A stretch of 64,000 nucleotides of DNA, from NCBI GenBank assembly GCA_965247475.1, contig OZ252016.1, forward strand, positions 1,951,625-2,015,624. Direction: 5' to 3'. Of this stretch, positions 61,418-64,000 are shown piece by piece (the first letter of the stretch is position 1; each line of letters starts with the position of its first letter). Under the pieces are notes generated by a model. That model made no database searches, had not been told where the DNA came from, and was given only the letters and a program-made list of their open reading frames with translations. Source of the stretch: Chloroflexota bacterium. Lineage in GTDB: Bacteria > Chloroflexota > UBA11872. The translations under genes and the position numbers were made by a program.

Positions 61418-62971
61418 GTGGCCGCGGATTGGCTGAATCTCCCCGAAGCCGCCAGCCCGTCACGCGTGCTGGGAGCGAAGTCGATCGCGGCCGACCGGCC
61501 AACGGTGCTGGCCGACCTCGAGGGGCCGGGGTGCATTCGACGGATATTCGTCGTCACGACGCGCCATCCGACGCCCGCCCAACAGCGTCAGATCGTGCTT
61601 CGAATGTACTGGGACGGGGCCAGCGAACCGGCGGTCGAGGCCCCGATCGGTGACTTCTTTGGCCAGCTGCACGGGGTGAAGCTGTACCCGCTGAATTCCC
61701 GGTACTTGGTCACGCAGTTTCACTCGGGCTACACGGCTTCGTTCCCGATGCCGTTCGAGCGCTCGGCGCGGATCGAGGTCGAGGCCGGCCCGGACGTCGA
61801 CAACGCCAGGATCCTCTACACCGTCGACTGGCATAGATACCCCGTCGGCGATCTGCATGAGCCGCTGCGCTTCCACGCGCAGTTTCGCCGCGAGTTCCCA
61901 TGTCAGGCCTACGGCCGGAACTACACCATCCTGGACGCGGTCGGGCGCGGCCGCTTCCTGGGATTCAACTACGGCGTTCGGGTCTACGACGATCGCGCGC
62001 GCTGGTCGCATGCGGGCGCCGAGAGCATCTATGTGGCCAACGACGTCGATTCCCGGCGCGAGACGTTCGTGCACCTGCGCGGCGCCGGCGGTGAGGATAC
62101 CTTCGGCGCGTCGTTTGGCGGCGTCTTGCACCGGCCGTCGTCACACCTCGATCAGGGCGTCCCGTACTACGTGCATGAAGACGCCGGTCCGGCGCTCGCC
62201 AGGCACCGTCTGGCGGCCTATCGATTCTTCGAGGCGGACTCGATTGCGTTCGAGCGATCGATCCAGGTGCGGTTTGGATCGATGGCCAACGACATCTGCA
62301 GCACGGCCTACTGGTATCAGGCGCCTCCGCAGCGGCGCTTTGTTCGGCTCCCGGACTGGGACCTGCTGTTGCCGGGCAGCGAGCTGCCCTTCGGCGCGTG
62401 CGAGGCGGTCGACGAGACGCCCCGCTGGTGGCTCTTCGGGCCGTTTCACCCGGACCGGGATGCGGCGCTCGACGCCGCGCTGCCGTCCGACGACACCTTC
62501 GATCCGAGCGTGCGCCACACCGAGACCGGCTACGCGCCCGACTCACCGTGGCGGCGCGACGGGCGCGGGGATGCCCGCTGGGTGCGGCACGCCGACATCG
62601 ACGGCTTCGTCGACTTTGCGCTGGCGTTCCGCCCGATCGCAACCTCGAACTCGCTGACCTTTCCGGCGCTCGCGCTGGGCCAGACGTGGCTTCACGTCGA
62701 TGCGAACACGGCCGCCACCATGCACCTCGGCTGGGTCAACGAGCTCCGACTCCGAGTCAACGATGAACCGTGGCGGTCATTGGGACGCCACGCGTACTTC
62801 CGCACCGGTGCGCAGCAGGTGCGGCTGCGACGCGGGGCCAACCGTCTGCAGATCAAGCTGGACAATCCCGCAACCGGCCGGGCCGGAGATTCCTGGGGTT
62901 CGTGGGTGTTCGCCGTGCGCGTCGTCACCGACTCGGGTCGGGAGGTCACGCCGTCGCTGTCGGCGGGCTAG
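61418..62971 (+). CDS. DUF2961 domain-containing protein (GH172-like) with C-terminal extension
   Basis: LEGPGCIRRI, LRMYWDG...VEAPIGDFF, FPMPF, FHAQFRR, GRGRFLG, GGEDTFG, YRFFEADSIAF, STAYWYQ. Confidence 0.88.
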   Translation: MAADWLNLPEAASPSRVLGAKSIAADRPTVLADLEGPGCIRRIFVVTTRHPTPAQQRQIVLRMYWDGASEPAVEAPIGDFFGQLHGVKLYPLNSRYLVTQFHSGYTASFPMPFERSARIEVEAGPDVDNARILYTVDWHRYPVGDLHEPLRFHAQFRREFPCQAYGRNYTILDAVGRGRFLGFNYGVRVYDDRARWSHAGAESIYVANDVDSRRETFVHLRGAGGEDTFGASFGGVLHRPSSHLDQGVPYYVHEDAGPALARHRLAAYRFFEADSIAFERSIQVRFGSMANDICSTAYWYQAPPQRRFVRLPDWDLLLPGSELPFGACEAVDETPRWWLFGPFHPDRDAALDAALPSDDTFDPSVRHTETGYAPDSPWRRDGRGDARWVRHADIDGFVDFALAFRPIATSNSLTFPALALGQTWLHVDANTAATMHLGWVNELRLRVNDEPWRSLGRHAYFRTGAQQVRLRRGANRLQIKLDNPATGRAGDSWGSWVFAVRVVTDSGREVTPSLSAG

Positions 62972-63007
62972 CAGGCTCCATTCTCAGGCGGTAGCCGCGC
63001 GGACGCC

Positions 63008-63616
63008 CTACGCGGTCGGCACGAGCCCCTCGGCGGCGAGGACATCGCGCACGGCATCGGCCACCGCCGTGCCCAGCCGTTCGTAGGCGTCGTCTCGGAA
63101 GTGCACGCCATCAGGCCCAAGCAGAGCGTCCGCGCCCGCGTCGACGACGACCGCGTGCAGATCGTCGATCGGGACCCGTAGCTCGCGCATGACCCGATCG
63201 GCCGCGGCGTTGTAGGCGGCGACATCGTCTTGGCGCCGTTGGAAGTTCTTGCGCAGCCGGTGGCGTTCGTCGTTGACGGGTGTCGAGCTGGCCCAGACCA
63301 CCGCGGCTTCGGTCTCGGCCGACAGCCGCTCGACGATCCGGCGCACGTGGGCCTCGTAGAGGTGCAGCGGCGTGCGCGGCTCCAGTCCCTCAGCGGGCCT
63401 CCGCGCCAAGTCGTGCAGTCCGCAGTTGATATGCACGAGGTCCGGCCGCACCGCGACGATCCACTCCTCCAGGCGCTCCAGGATGTTGCCGGAAGTCCCG
63501 CCGTTCCCCGGCACTCGGGTCACATCCGCAACGTCCGCCAGCGCCGCGACCGCGGCGTCGTGATACCCGATCGATATCGAATCGCCGACCAGCAATACGT
63601 GCGGACGCGGAGGCAT
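63008..63616 (-). CDS. SGNH/GDSL hydrolase
   Basis: LVGDSIS, GNGGTS, INCGLHD, DGVHF. Confidence 0.92.
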   Translation of the reverse strand: MPPRPHVLLVGDSISIGYHDAAVAALADVADVTRVPGNGGTSGNILERLEEWIVAVRPDLVHINCGLHDLARRPAEGLEPRTPLHLYEAHVRRIVERLSAETEAAVVWASSTPVNDERHRLRKNFQRRQDDVAAYNAAADRVMRELRVPIDDLHAVVVDAGADALLGPDGVHFRDDAYERLGTAVADAVRDVLAAEGLVPTA

Positions 63617-63865
63617 CAGATGGCCCCTTCGCTCGATGTCATGCCCGCGTATCTTGCGGCGGGCTGGGCCGCGACGCGACTGACCCCGGCGGGAATCCCA
63701 CGATAGGCGGCCCAAGCACCGTTCCCCCATGAGCCTCGTGATGTTCGCGCGGAGAACTAGAGAGCCCGGTCGCGCCGACGAGTGGCCGTGTATCGCACGC
63801 TATTCTTGTCCGTGCGAAGCACTCTCTCGGTTACCCGACTTCGATCGGGATGGGGAGGCCCGGCG

Positions 63866-64000
63866 ATGCGACTGTTGAGTCGGCGGCGAGTGGTCGGGTT
63901 GCTTGCGATCTCGGCAGTCCTCGTCCTGGGCGCCTGCGGCGAGGGCGGCTCATCCGAAGAAGCGAGCACCAGCCAGGCCGAGGGGTCGGAGCGCTCGGTG
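63866..64000 (+). CDS. Probable lipoprotein family member 10 (truncated by window edge)
   Basis: MRLLSRRRVVGLLAISAVLVLGACGEG closely parallels member 4 (MRAIGRRRMLGLVAISAVAVLTACGEA) and shares its 5' leader; the core lies outside the window. Confidence 0.7.
   Translation, partial: MRLLSRRRVVGLLAISAVLVLGACGEGGSSEEASTSQAEGSERSV

Overview
High-GC bacterial chromosome segment. The ribosomal proteins, the many lipobox proteins and the run of catabolic paralog-type enzymes (LLM, PhyH, DapA-like x2, enolase-family dehydratase, URO-D-like, GH32, DUF2961) suggest a monoderm such as Chloroflexota/Dehalococcoidia; that placement is inference. Core genes: rplU, rpmA, tRNA-Ala(CGC), ispH, yyaL-like, ribokinase. 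Two structures stand out. (1) A dispersed family of 10 paralogous lipoprotein genes (9 complete, 1 cut by the window edge). They share a ~115-aa core (LTEADAG...GDDASSLRWRF..KPDP...FETDGLIGDP.TAAK.LEF...ELVE.DPA.RTG.PAKRLE), mostly twin-arginine-like signal peptides, and hypervariable, often Cys-paired C-terminal tails. (2) A tandem array of three colinear 57-bp att-like repeats starting at the tRNA-Ala CCA end, each followed by one cargo gene (atypical transcarbamylase, amidohydrolase, DUF6884/GIY-YIG-like fusion), with no integrase in the window. Also present: a modular system of intergenic palindromic repeats, an IS481-family element inserted in the loop of one such palindrome and cutting off an orphan hsdM, IS remnants around a ProVWX transporter, and several frameshifted or nonsense-interrupted genes. 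All family assignments come from motif recognition by eye; no database searches were run.
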